A stretch of 64,000 bases of DNA, from contig CAWKHF010000014.1 in NCBI GenBank assembly GCA_963849325.1, positions 1 to 64,000 on the forward strand, in the 5' to 3' direction. The position numbers were made by a program, and so were the translations under genes. Below, one piece after another: positions 44,619-55,765 of the stretch; position 1 is the first letter of the stretch; each line of letters begins with the position of its first letter. The notes below the pieces were generated by a model that did no database searches, was not told where the DNA came from, and saw only the letters and a program-made list of their open reading frames with translations. This DNA comes from an uncultured Planctomycetota bacterium. Its GTDB lineage: Bacteria; Planctomycetota; Planctomycetia; Gemmatales; Gemmataceae.

Positions 44619-44960
44619 GACTCGCTCCTTTGTGCTGGACTGCCGGGTCGCACGACCCGAAGACAGTTACCGGAAGCCTCCAGGGTAATGGCTCTGTCTG
44701 CTAGGCAAGTTTGCAAAAAGTGCGCCAAAGTTCGTGGTCCTCTTGTGCTTATCAACGTGAAGGGATAGAAAGAACTCCCCCTCCTCTTTAATGGCGTCTA
44801 CAACGTCCTTCCTGGCGACGACCACGTTACGGCCCAGGGTCCGTGACGTGGGTTCCGCCTTGGTGCGCGCCTTCTCGCTGGGCGTCGCCCCCTGCCTCCG
44901 TCGTGTACAATGTCCGCGGAGAAGGACGTACGCGATTCCGTGGGAGAGCAGGGAGCCGAT

Positions 44961-46156
44961 ATGCGTATCGCCTTGGATTGCGGCCTCGCTCGGATGGCGT
45001 TCGAGGTCGCGGACGCCAAGTTGGTCCCTGGTCCGCAGCCGCCAGTGGCACTGAGCGACCCGGCCGCCGCCGTCCGCGCCGCCCTGGATGAGCCTTTCGG
45101 CTTCCCCGCCCTGCGCCGTGCCCTGACGCCGGACGACCACGTCGCCATCGTCGTCGATGAGCAACTGCCGCACCTGACCGAGATGCTGGTGCCGCTGCTG
45201 GAGCACGTCCATCGCGCCGACGTGGCGCCGGAGTCCATGACGCTGCTGTGTCCGCCCTCGTCGTCACGGCAAACGTGGATCGACGAGTTGCCGGATGCGT
45301 TTCAGGACGTACACGTCGAGGTGTCCGACCCCGGCGAGCGACGGCGCATGGCATACCTGGCGACGAACCACAAGGGCAAGCGTCTGTATCTGAATCGCAC
45401 GCTGGTGGAGGCCGACCAAATCGTCGTCCTGTCCGGTCGGCGTTATGACCCTGTGCTGGGTTACGGTGGCGCGGAGGGTTCCCTGTATCCGGACCTCAGC
45501 GATGAGGAAACGCGCCGCGAGACGAGCCATCGCGTCAATCTCGGTCTGCCGGACGAGAACGCCTGGCCGGTGCGGCGCCAGGCGATCGAGACGGCCTGGC
45601 TGCTCGGCGCTCCGTTCTTCGTACAGGTGATCGAGGCAGCGGGGGACCAGGTGGCGCACATCGTCGCCGGCACGACGGACGCCAGCCGCGAGGGCCAGCG
45701 ATTGCTGGATGTCTGTTGGCGGCATCGCGTGTCGCGCCCTGCCGACCTCGTCATCGCCGCCCTCAGCGGCGATCCGTCGCGCCACACCTTCGACGCCCTC
45801 GCCGCCGCCTTGGCCTGCGCCGCGCGCGTCGTGCAACCCGGCGGTCGCATTGTCCTGCTCAGCCAGGTGGAACCCGTCCTCGGTCCCGAGATCGACCTGC
45901 TCCGCAATGGAGGCGATCCGCAGGCGATCCTCGACTCGCTGCGCGGCAAGCACACGGTTGAGTCGGTGCCCGTCCTCCGGTGGGGCGCGCGGCGGCCCAT
46001 GCCAACATCAATCTGCTGAGTCGATTGCCGGAAGAGACGGTCGAGGAGTTGTTCGCCACGCCGCTGCAGGATGCCGGACAGGTCCAGCGCCTGCTCGATG
46101 CGAGCGGCTCTTGCCTGTTCTTGCCGGACGCACACAAGATGCTGGCTGTCCTCTGA
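44961..46156 (+). CDS. LarA-like (DUF2088) domain protein (frameshift ~45990)
   Basis: AALDEPFGFPAL, VAIVVD, LYLNRTLVEAD, GYGGA, VQPGGRIVL. Confidence 0.7.
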
Positions 46157-46273
46157 GGTCGCGTTCAAGAATAAGTTCCTTGGTTTAGCCGCGACGCGCA
46201 GCGGAGCGCGGGACAGACCCGCGCTCCGCTGCGCGTCGCGGCTAAACGAGGAGCGATTGTTGGCCGCAAGCGG

Positions 46274-47381
46274 TCAAGCGCGCCATCCGTGGATGTACAG
46301 ATCGCCCTCAATTCCTTCCTGCGTCCATTCGACCAGCCGCAGCGCTTCCATCATTCGCCCCACGCCGGTCCCACCGATGGCGCTGAACGCCGCCGAACCT
46401 CCGGCCAGGCGCGGAGCGATGTAAACGTGAAACTCGTCGATGGCCCCGGCGTCGAGGAAACTGCCGAACACGCCAGCGCCGCCCTCGACCAGTACATTCG
46501 TGAAGCGCCGCCGCCCCAGTTCCGCCAGCAGCGCCTCCACGCTGGACCGGCCATCGACGGCGGGCAGCATCAGCACTTCGCAGCCGTTCGCCTGGAGCGC
46601 GGCGCGCTTCGCGTCGGCGATGCGATCCGTGGCGGCCACAAGGGTCGGCGTCGCGCGCGGTCTGCACCAAAACGGTGCCGTCCGGGATGCGTCCCTGGCT
46701 GTCGAGGACGATGCGCATCGGCGTGCGGGGACCGGGCGGCCGAGCCGTGAGCTGCGGGTTGTCGGCGAGAACGGTGCCGATGCCGGCGATAATGGCATCC
46801 ATGCGGCCGCGCAGCTCGTGGACGCGGTGGCGCGACGCCTCATTGCTGATCCAGCGCGAATCGCCGCTGTGCGTGGCGATCTTGCCGTCGAGCGTCATGG
46901 CCCATTTGGCGTGGACGTAGGGTCGGCCGGTCGTCAGCAGTTTCAGATACGGCGCGTTGAGTCGCCGGGCCTCCGCCTCGCCGACGCCGAATTCGACAGT
47001 GACACCCGCTTGTCGCAACTGCTCGGCGCCCTTGCCGGCGACGGCGGGGAAAGGGTCGGGCATGGCGGCAAGGACACGGCTGATGCCGGCGTGCAGTACG
47101 GCGTCGGTGCAGGGCGGCGTCTTGCCGTGATGGCAGCATGGTTCGAGCGTGACGTATAGCGTGGCGCCGCGGGCCGCCGCGCCGGCGACGGCCAGCGCGT
47201 GGACCTCGGCGTGCGCCTCGCCGTAGCGCTGGTGCCAGCCCTCGCCGACGAGCTGCCCATCGCGGACCACGACGGCGCCGACCAGCGGGTTCGGCTCGAC
47301 GTATCCGCGTCCGCGCTCCGCCAACTCCAGGGCGCGGCGCATCCAACCCGCATCGTTCACGGCCGGAATCTCGGCAGACAC
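46274..47381 (-). CDS. ribD: riboflavin biosynthesis deaminase/reductase (frameshift ~46655)
   Basis: [38 protein letters not shown]. Confidence 0.95.
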
Positions 47382-47482
47382 TCGACACCCTCCCCGAACG
47401 CAAAACAGTGTGAAAGCGCTTGCATTTTAGCGCACGAAGGAGGAGAAGGAAGCTATCTTCGGCATGAGGGGAGGGGAACGAA

Positions 47483-48234
47483 ATGACTACGGGAATCATG
47501 AACCACTCGACAGGACAGCCGCCGTCCGGCAACCCGCTTGTCATCGAATACACTCTGACACTATCCGATTACCACGCCCTCGACATGTTTCTCTACGATA
47601 ACGTCCTCCGCAAGCGCGCCCGATTCCGCTTCGAGTTTTATGGGACGTGGCTGCTGCAGGCTGCCGCGCTGGGGGCGGTCATGGGTTTGATGGTGTGGGG
47701 GATTTTGAAAGCGGAAGGGACGGTGCCCTCGGAGGTAGCCCCCTTTCTCCCCTCCGAGCCGGCTATGTCACGGCATCCCTTTTCTTCTTGCTTCTACTGG
47801 CCGGGATGGTCCCTGGCAGCTTTCTTCACCGTATGGTTCGCTCGGCGAACGAGAAGCGATTTCGGACGACTCGCCGTGCTCAGTTGCAGGCGAGCCTGAT
47901 CCATCCCGCGCGGCGCTACCGCGTGGAACTGACGCCGCAAGGATTCACGGAAACTACCGACCATCGAGAGACCGGCATCGCTGTCGAGATCAATGAGCAC
48001 AAGGAAACCCGCGTCTGGTGGGTGGCGGTGGGACGCATCGATGTCACGGACGAGCACGCCTTTTTCACCATAACCGACAAAGGGTATCTCCTACTTCCCC
48101 GGTCAGCCTTCGCCACGGATGCGAGCTTCCGCGATTTTGTGGATGTGGCGCGGAACTACCGCGAGGCCGCTCGTCTGGCTCTCGCTCCCCCTGTGGAGTT
48201 GCCTCGCCCGCAAGAGACGCGGATTACCTCGTAG
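47483..48234 (+). CDS. YcxB-like membrane protein (frameshift ~47750)
   Basis: Two TM segments, then a PH-like tail (W...LLPRSAF). Confidence 0.65.
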
Positions 48235-48312
48235 ACGGAAGCGAACCGAGCCGCGAGCGTCAGCGAGCGGTGTTGCCCCCGCTCGCTGACGCTCGCGGCT
48301 CGGTTCGCTTCC

Positions 48313-51081
48313 TCACTCCGTGGGTGGCGCTTCCTCCGGCGCGGGGGCGGGCTGGGCGCGTTCCTCCGGCTCCTCGCGGGCCACCTGGGCGATCGAGGCG
48401 ATCTTGTCGCCCTCGTTGAGGTTCATGATGCGCACGCCCTGCGTGTTGCGGCCGACGACGCGGATTTCGCGGACGTGCGTGCGGTTGACCATGCCCCCGG
48501 TCGTGATGAGCATGATGTCGTCGGCGTCGCGCACCGACGCCACGCCGACGACGGGGCCGTTGCGCTCGCTGGTGCGGATGTCGCGGACGCCCTTGCCGCC
48601 GCGGCGCTGCTTGCGATAGTGCATGGCCGATCGTTCGCCGCCGCCCTCCTCCTCGGCGGCGCTCTCGACGGTGTGGTCCTCGGCCGCGTCTTCGGTCGTC
48701 TCTTCGGCCTCAGCGGTCTCGGCACCGGCGATGTTGGCGCCGAACGGCGTTCGCTTGCCGTAGCCGTTCTCGCACACCGTCAGCAGGTAGCCCTCCGGGT
48801 CGGCCACCACCATGCCGACCACCTCGTCGTCGCCCTGCAAGGTGATGCCCTTGACGCCGCGCGTGTTGCGGCCCATGGCGCGGGCGTCGGCCTCGTCGAA
48901 GCGGATGGCCATGCCGTTGCGCGTGCACAGCACCACCTCGTCGCCGGGCTGCGTCAGCACCACGTCGATGAGCGTGTCGCCTTCGTCGAGGCTGATGCCG
49001 ATGATGCCGCCGCTCTTGGGCCGGCTGTACTCCTGCAGGGCCGTCTTCTTGACCAGGCCGCGGCGCGTGGCCATGATCAGATGGCCGCCGCGCGTCGAAG
49101 CGGCGCACCGGGATGACGCTGGTGATCTTCTCCTCCGGCTTGAGCGACAGCACGTTGGCGATGGCCCGGCCGGTCGAGGTGCGGCTGCCTGCGGGAATGT
49201 CGTAGACCTTGAGCCAGTACAGCTGGCCGCGGTTGGTGAAGCACAGCAGGTAGGCGTGCGTGGAGGCGACGAAGAAGTGCTCGATGAAGTCGTCCTCGCG
49301 CGTCGCGCCGCCGATGACGCCCTTGCCGCCGCGGTGCTGGGTGCGGTAGGTGTTCGAGCGGCAGGCGCTTGATGTAGCCGTTGTGGCTGATCGTGACGGC
49401 GTTGTCCTCCTCGGCGATCAGGTCCTCCATGTTGAGCCGGCCCACCGCGCCGGTGATCTCGGTCCGCCGTTCGTCGCCGTACTTGTCGCGCAGCTCGCGC
49501 AGGTCGGTCTTGATGACGTCGCGGATGTTCTGCTCGTTGCTCGAGCAGTTGCTCGTAAGCGAGGATCTTGCCGCGCAGGTCGTTGTACTCCTTGAGGATC
49601 TCGTCGCGCTCCAGGGCGGCGAGCTGGCCGAGCTGCATGCGCACCACGGCCTCGGCCTGGGCCTCGGTCATGTGGTAGCTGGCCGAGCACGCCGATCTCG
49701 CGCTGCAGCGCCGGCGAAGTGCGCCTCGCCCAGCGCCCGGCTCATGACGGCCGCCGCCACTTCCAGGCCCTGCAGGCGCACCTTCGCCTCGGCCCGGCTC
49801 GGCGAACGGCGGCAGATGGGGATGACCTCGTCCAGCGACGAGATGGCGATGAGCTGGCCTTCGAGGACGTGCGCGCGGCGCTTGGCCTCGCGCAGCTGGA
49901 TACTCGGTGCGGCGGCGGATCACCTAGACGCGGTGGCGGAGGAACTCCTCCAGCATCTGCTTGAGCGTCAGCACCTCGGGCCGGCCGTCCACCAGGGCCA
50001 GCAGGATGATGCTGACCGTCTTCTCCAGCGGCGAGAACTGGTAGAGCTGGTTGAGGATCAGGTTCGGGTCGGCGTCGCGCTTGAGGTAGACGACCAGGCG
50101 CACCGGCTCGCCGTTGCGGGCGCTCGATTCGTCGCGGATGTCGCGGATGCCCTTGATGCGCTCGTCCTTGACCAGCTCGCCGATGGCCTCGGCCAGGCGG
50201 TTGCGCGTCTGCTGGTAGGGGACTTCGCGTGATGATGATCTGCGTGCCGTTGTTCTCCTCGCGGATGTCGGCGCGGGCGCGGAGGGTGACCTTGCCGCGG
50301 CCGGTGGCGTAGCCGTCGAGGATGCCCTGCCGGCCGCAGATGATGCCGCCGGTCGGGAAGTCCGGGCCGGGGATGATCTCCATCAGTTCCGGCAGCGATA
50401 CGTCCGGCTCGTCGATGAGCCGGATGAGCGGCGTCGCAGACTTCGCGCAGGTTGTGCGGCGGGATGTCGGTGGCCATGCCGACGGCGATGCCGTCGGAGC
50501 CGTTGACGAGCAGGTTGGGGAACTTGCTGGGCAGCACGAGCGGCTCGCGGTACTTGCCGTCGTAGTTGTCGATGAAATCGACGGTGTCGCGCGTCGAGGT
50601 CGGCGAGCATCTCGGCGCCGACGGCGGTGAGGCGGGCCTCGGTGTAGCGATGGGCGGCCGGCGGCAGGCCGGCGATGGAGCCGAAATTGCCCTGCGGATG
50701 GACCAGGCGGTGGCGCATGTTCCAGTCCTGGGCCATGCGCACCAGCGTCGGATAGATGGACTGGTCGCCGTGCGGGTGGTAGCGCTTCATCGTCTCGCCG
50801 ATGATGCCGGCGCACTTGCTGGTGGCGCTGGTCGGGCCGAGGCCGAGGTCGTTCATCGCCACCAGGATGCGCCGCTGCGACGGCTTGAGTCCGTCGCGCA
50901 CGTCGGGCAAGGCCCGGCTGATGATGACGCTCATGGCGTAGGTGAGGTAGCTGTCCTTCAGCTCGTCGGCGATGTTGAGCGGATCGAAGCCGTTGCCGTT
51001 GCCGCCCGGCTGGGATGGGCCATCACTCGGCGGTCCAACGGGGGGCGTCGTCGCGGGCGGAAAGTCGTCTGGCAAGGCCAA
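48313..51081 (-). CDS. gyrA: DNA gyrase subunit A (multiple frameshifts)
   Basis: [49 protein letters not shown], GyrA-box QHRGGKG, C-terminal pinwheel repeats. Confidence 0.95.
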
Positions 51082-51313
51082 TATCCTCCGGGGCGCCGTG
51101 TCGAAGCTCGGTAGGCGCCGGTGAACGTTTCTTGTGAATTTCTTCGGTTTATTCTAACAAAAACGGCCCCTCTCCACTACGCCGGTTGACCTCTTCTGGG
51201 GAACCATTTTGCTTTCGCGGTGGACCGGGGGGATGGTAAGATGTCGCTGGCAGCCGGGGGCGGTTCGAGGCCCCTGCAATACCGTGGCAACCCTTTGTTC
51301 GGGAGGATCGATC

Positions 51314-51733
51314 ATGCGCCGTCTTGTACTCGCCGCCAGCCTTTTCGCCGCCGGCCTCGCGGGCTTCGTCAACCTGTCCGCCGCCCAGCAGGAGAAGGAC
51401 ACACCCAAGGCCGCCGCCACGCGGAAACTGCTGCAAACCAAAGTGTCGGTGGACTACAAAGACACCACGCTGACGGATGTCATCGACGACATCAAGGAGC
51501 AAATCAAGGATAAGACGAAGAAGACCTTGTTTGTACTCAAGGACAACAAGGGCGGCGTCTCCAACAACACCAAATTCACCTACAAGGCCGACAACAAGCC
51601 CCTGGAAGCCGTGCTCGACGAGATGTTCAAGAAGAACGATATGGGGTACGTCGTGGTCACCAAGGGCACCTACGATGGCGCACTGATGATCGTCAAGGGC
51701 AAGGCCCGCGGTTACCCGGAAAAGAAGGATTAG
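51314..51733 (+). CDS. hypothetical secreted Lys-rich protein (secretin/TonB N-terminal-like)
   Basis: GGAGG RBS, signal peptide, PLEAVLDEMF pattern. Confidence 0.65.
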   Translation: MRRLVLAASLFAAGLAGFVNLSAAQQEKDTPKAAATRKLLQTKVSVDYKDTTLTDVIDDIKEQIKDKTKKTLFVLKDNKGGVSNNTKFTYKADNKPLEAVLDEMFKKNDMGYVVVTKGTYDGALMIVKGKARGYPEKKD

Positions 51734-51824
51734 AAGCGATGGTTGTCCGAGCCGCGACCGTCAGGGAGCGGAGAAAGAACCGCTCCCTGACGGTCGCGGC
51801 TCGGATGGTCTCGGTTGACTCGTC

Positions 51825-52466
51825 ATGCCATCTCGTCTCTTTCTCGATCCCGAGCGAGCCGACGCCGAGGGTTTGGTAGGCGTCGGCGGCGACCTGCGGC
51901 CGGAGTTGTTGCTCGAAGCCTATCGGCGCGGCATCTTTCCGTGGTTCGACGAGCACAGCCCGATCCTGTGGTGGTCGCCGGACCCGCGCGCCCTCTTCGA
52001 GCTGGACGGCTTGCACGTGTCTCGACGGTTGGCGCGGACGGTGCGCTCGGGCCGGTTCACCGTGACGTTCGATCGCGCCTTCGCCGAGGTCATCCGTGGC
52101 TGTGCCGACCGGCCGGAAGATGGGGTCTGGATCACCGCCGACATGATCGACGCCTACACGCGCTTGCACGAGTTGGGGCACGCCCACAGTATCGAGGTGT
52201 GGCACGATGACCAGCTGGCCGGCGGCGTGTACGGCGTGACGGTCGGCGGCCTGTTCGCTGGCGAATCGATGTTCCACCGCGTCCGCGATGCCTCCAAGGT
52301 TGCCCTCGTTCATCTCATGGATCATCTGCGGCAGCGCGGCTTTGAGCTGTTCGATGTGCAGTTTCTCAACGATCACACGGCCAGCCTGGGCGCGATCGAG
52401 GTGCCGCGCCGCGACTACCTGGCCCGGCTGCGCCAGGCCGTCGCCAGGGACGTGTGCTTTGCGTAG
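51825..52466 (+). CDS. aat: leucyl/phenylalanyl-tRNA--protein transferase
   Basis: AYRRGIFPW, WWSPDPR, GHAHSIEVW, FAGESMFH, DASKVAL. Confidence 0.95.
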   Translation: MPSRLFLDPERADAEGLVGVGGDLRPELLLEAYRRGIFPWFDEHSPILWWSPDPRALFELDGLHVSRRLARTVRSGRFTVTFDRAFAEVIRGCADRPEDGVWITADMIDAYTRLHELGHAHSIEVWHDDQLAGGVYGVTVGGLFAGESMFHRVRDASKVALVHLMDHLRQRGFELFDVQFLNDHTASLGAIEVPRRDYLARLRQAVARDVCFA

Positions 52467-52478
52467 CGTGCAGGACGA

Positions 52479-53729
52479 TTATTTCGCCGCCTTGTTCCAG
52501 TAAATCTTGGCATTGTGCGACTGCCGGCCGACGGCAACGATGTCGATACGGCCATCGCCGTCGAGGTCGGCCACGGCCAGATCCTCGACGCGCACGCCGC
52601 CCTCGTCGAGCAGATGACGCTGCCACTTCGTGCCCTTGTCGTCCGTCGCTTTGAAGATACGCACACCGGATTTCTCACCGGACTTGTCGCTGAGAACGTC
52701 GCGCACGCCGATAATCAGCTCGTCGTCGCCATCGCCGTCGAGGTCGGCGCACCAGACGGCATGGCCCCATTTCAGCTTGTCGTCAAGGACGTGCCGATCC
52801 CACAGCTGAGCCGGATCGGCGGGCGGCGTGTAGACGACGACCTTGTTGCCATGCCACGGCTCAATGGTGGCGATGAATTGGCGACCGTTCTTGAGCTTGC
52901 CGCGCTTGATCTCGCTGGCGCCGCGATTGCTGTTGGGGGTCGATTGATCGCCAACGCCGAGTTGACGCCGCGTCCATCGATCGCCGGCCCGGCGAAGCAG
53001 ATGGACGCCCTCATAACTGGCGGTCAGCACGTCCATGCCCTTGCCGCGCGCCGTCGGGACGGCTTGGAAATTGTGGATGACGTGCATACTCTCATCGAGC
53101 ACTTCCATCGGCCAACGGTCGCGCACCGGATCGTGGGGAATGCGATAGGCCAGCACGCGCACCGGCTGGCCGTCCATGTGGTTCTTCGCCGCGGTGCTGT
53201 CGCGTCCCATGAGCGGCACGGCGAGGAGGACCGGCTTGCCGTTGCCGTCGAGGTCGGCGAAGCGGATGCGATGCAGGGTCGGCTCGGCGCCGATGGGATG
53301 GACGGTCCACGGCTCATCGAGCGTCGAGCCGCGCCGCAACCATTGCAGGGTGCCGCCCGATTTCGTGTTGCCGGGGTTCCACGCCGCCCCGAGGGCGAAG
53401 TCGAGCTTGCCGTCGCCGTCGATGTCCGCCGCCGAGAGGCACACGTTGTCCGGCTCGGTCTGGCCCTCGATGATGTTCCGTCGCTTCCAGGTGGGATTTT
53501 CGTACCACACCACGCGCCGCTGATCGACGACAACGATGTCCTTCTTACCGTCGCCGTTGACATCGACGAGCAGCACGGCATAGCCGACGCCGAGACCCTT
53601 TTCGATTTCTTGGACGCGGAAGTCCGGGATACCCGTGGACTCCGCGACGGCCCGCGATCGCGGCAGGCCGAGCAGGGACGAGGCGAAAAGGAGGACGATC
53701 ACGAGGTGGCGAACAAAACGGCTGCACAT
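52479..53729 (-). CDS. secreted FG-GAP/VCBS beta-propeller protein
   Basis: Signal peptide; repeated D[VIL]DGDG motifs. Confidence 0.85.
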   Translation of the reverse strand: MCSRFVRHLVIVLLFASSLLGLPRSRAVAESTGIPDFRVQEIEKGLGVGYAVLLVDVNGDGKKDIVVVDQRRVVWYENPTWKRRNIIEGQTEPDNVCLSAADIDGDGKLDFALGAAWNPGNTKSGGTLQWLRRGSTLDEPWTVHPIGAEPTLHRIRFADLDGNGKPVLLAVPLMGRDSTAAKNHMDGQPVRVLAYRIPHDPVRDRWPMEVLDESMHVIHNFQAVPTARGKGMDVLTASYEGVHLLRRAGDRWTRRQLGVGDQSTPNSNRGASEIKRGKLKNGRQFIATIEPWHGNKVVVYTPPADPAQLWDRHVLDDKLKWGHAVWCADLDGDGDDELIIGVRDVLSDKSGEKSGVRIFKATDDKGTKWQRHLLDEGGVRVEDLAVADLDGDGRIDIVAVGRQSHNAKIYWNKAAK

Positions 53730-53924
53730 GACGGGACCTCCGCAGGGGAGAAACCAGGGATGTACCCTACGTCATACGAGTCGGCCGTCCCGGCCACAAG
53801 GGGCGCCGCTTCCATCGGGGACGAAAGACAAAGGAAAGACGACCTTGGGCGCTCGGCAGTCATCGCAGCGATGGTCGGACGGGGTCCATATTGACAAGTC
53901 TCTTCTCTGGAGGAAAATGCGCTC

Positions 53925-54137
53925 ATGGAGACCAACCGCGACAACACCATCCCCGCCGATGTTATGGCCGACATGCAGGCCGTGGCCGACGCCCTCGCCG
54001 CCGGAAGGCCCGTGGACCCCGAGGTTGCGCGGCGCGTCCGAGCGCGATCGGAGAAGGCCCAGGAGGAGTTGGTGCAACATTATGGCATTCGGGAAATCGC
54101 TGTTGAGCTTATCCGCGAGATCCGGGACGAAGAATGA
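53925..54137 (+). CDS. putative antitoxin
   Basis: 70 aa, ATGA overlap with the PIN toxin, C-terminal VELIREIRDE. Confidence 0.75.
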   Translation: METNRDNTIPADVMADMQAVADALAAGRPVDPEVARRVRARSEKAQEELVQHYGIREIAVELIREIRDEE

Positions 54138-54559
54138 GATACGTCCTGGACAGTTCCGTCGCGCTCAAGTGGGTCCTCGCCGAACCCGACTCGCCGAAGG
54201 CCAGACAGCTGCGTGACGACTTCCGCAACCAGATCCACGAACTGCTGGCCCCCGTCGTCTTCGAGGTGGAGATTGCCCACGCTCTGACCCGGGCGGAACG
54301 TCAGGGGAGAATCGCCGTCCCGCAGGCAGGCCTGTTCTGGGCGGACATCATGTCCACGCCGCCCCAACTCGAACCGTCAGGACCCTTGCTCCCCCGGGCA
54401 ATTCAAATCTCCTCTTCCGCCCGCATCGGCGTCTACGATTGTCTCTACATCGCCCTGGCCGAGCGCGAAGGCTGCCCGTTCGTGACCGCAGACGCCCGCC
54501 TGGTGAGCAACTTGCAGAGACACTTCCCGTTCATTATTGCGCTGGCGGCAGTGCCATGA
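54134..54559 (+). CDS. vapC: PIN-domain VapC toxin
   Basis: VLDSSVALKW, E, VYDCLYIALA, FVTADARL. Confidence 0.9.
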   Translation: MRYVLDSSVALKWVLAEPDSPKARQLRDDFRNQIHELLAPVVFEVEIAHALTRAERQGRIAVPQAGLFWADIMSTPPQLEPSGPLLPRAIQISSSARIGVYDCLYIALAEREGCPFVTADARLVSNLQRHFPFIIALAAVP

Positions 54560-54631
54560 TGGCCTGTGCTTGGGAGAAGAGGGATAGGGCACCCAACGAG
54601 GGTGCCCCGGTTGTCGGCGGCAAACGCAGTA

Positions 54632-55111
54632 CTACTCGGTTTGGCCGTTCAGCTTGGCCCGCTCGGCCAAGAGATCAGCGAGATTATCGGGTTGCCCCAA
54701 GGCATCCGCCAATTGTTTGATTGCGGTATCGACCTTGGGGATGAACTTCTCTGCGGACTCAACGATGGCCTTCTCCAGTCCGGGCAGATGCTTGGCTGCC
54801 TCGACCCGAACCTCCGCCGAGCATTCCGTGATGGGCTGCCAGTCGGCATCTGGCTGACTACAGGAGTAATATTCTCCGTAGCAGATCCGCCACTTGCCCT
54901 TGACCTTTTGCAGACCCAAGCAAGCGCATTCGGGATCGCCTGGGAGGAAATCAGGGTCGTGGTGGGAGCGGCTGGCGTAGATGAACTGAACCGGGCGGGG
55001 GATGTGAAGCCTGGTCAGGCGCTCCTCGGCTTTGAGCCAGAGGGCATTGAGTTGATCGTAGCGAGCGAACAGTTCCTTGCGCGCTTTCTCGGCGCGTTCA
55101 TCGAGTGTCAT
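54632..55111 (-). CDS. hypothetical protein
   Basis: 159-aa ORF with AAAGGGG RBS; no family recognised. Confidence 0.6.
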   Translation of the reverse strand: MTLDERAEKARKELFARYDQLNALWLKAEERLTRLHIPRPVQFIYASRSHHDPDFLPGDPECACLGLQKVKGKWRICYGEYYSCSQPDADWQPITECSAEVRVEAAKHLPGLEKAIVESAEKFIPKVDTAIKQLADALGQPDNLADLLAERAKLNGQTE

Positions 55112-55339
55112 GGAGACACCCCTTTCTAGCCCCAAGGGGGCCGTCTTGAAACTCATCCGCCAGGGGCGGACGTGGGATCGGCTTCCGCCGACAACAACAC
55201 TAAACTACGCACTTCCCCATCTGTCGACAATGGTGCCGACTCTCTTCCGTCAACTCGTCGAGTGGGGTATTCACCTTGATGCCGCCCGCGTAGAGGAGAG
55301 GAGGCGTCAGGCGAATGGAAGCGGCGATGAAATTGACCC

Positions 55340-55368
55340 TTGAGGCTTGTAAGCACGTATGCTATCAT
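55340..55368 (+). promoter_or_regulatory. putative sigma70 promoter
   Basis: TTGAGG-N17-TATCAT with an extended -10 TG. Confidence 0.45.
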
Positions 55369-55416
55369 CCCCAGTGCGCTGACGGAAGGCATTGCCCGCC
55401 AGGAAGGCTTGAGGCG

Positions 55417-55750
55417 ATGAAGTTCACGACACTCATCCCCACGACGCGGAACGACGGTACGGAAGTCAAACCGGCTGTCTTGATTCGCCTCATCGACCGA
55501 CTCTGGCAGCCATTCGGCGGCATGACGGAGGAGGGACGAGTAAGGGGGCATTGGATTGACGACGACGGCACGGAATTCACCAACGTCTGCATCAAGGTAT
55601 CTATCGAATGCGACCGCGACCGGCTGCAAGAGGCCATTCAGGCTGTGCGGCGCGTGGGCCGCAAGCTGAACCAGAAGGCGATGTACTTCGAGGTTGCCGG
55701 TTACGACGGTGTGCAAATCCTGCGCATCGAATCCCCGAGGGGCTCACTGA
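55417..55750 (+). CDS. small hypothetical protein (PII/DUF3574-like fold?); stop probably lost to an indel
   Basis: MKFTTLIPTTRNDG...FGG.T...G.W...LNQKAMYFE; sits immediately upstream of the HicB-like gene. Confidence 0.55.
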
Positions 55751-55765
55751 CCACGGGAGGATGGC

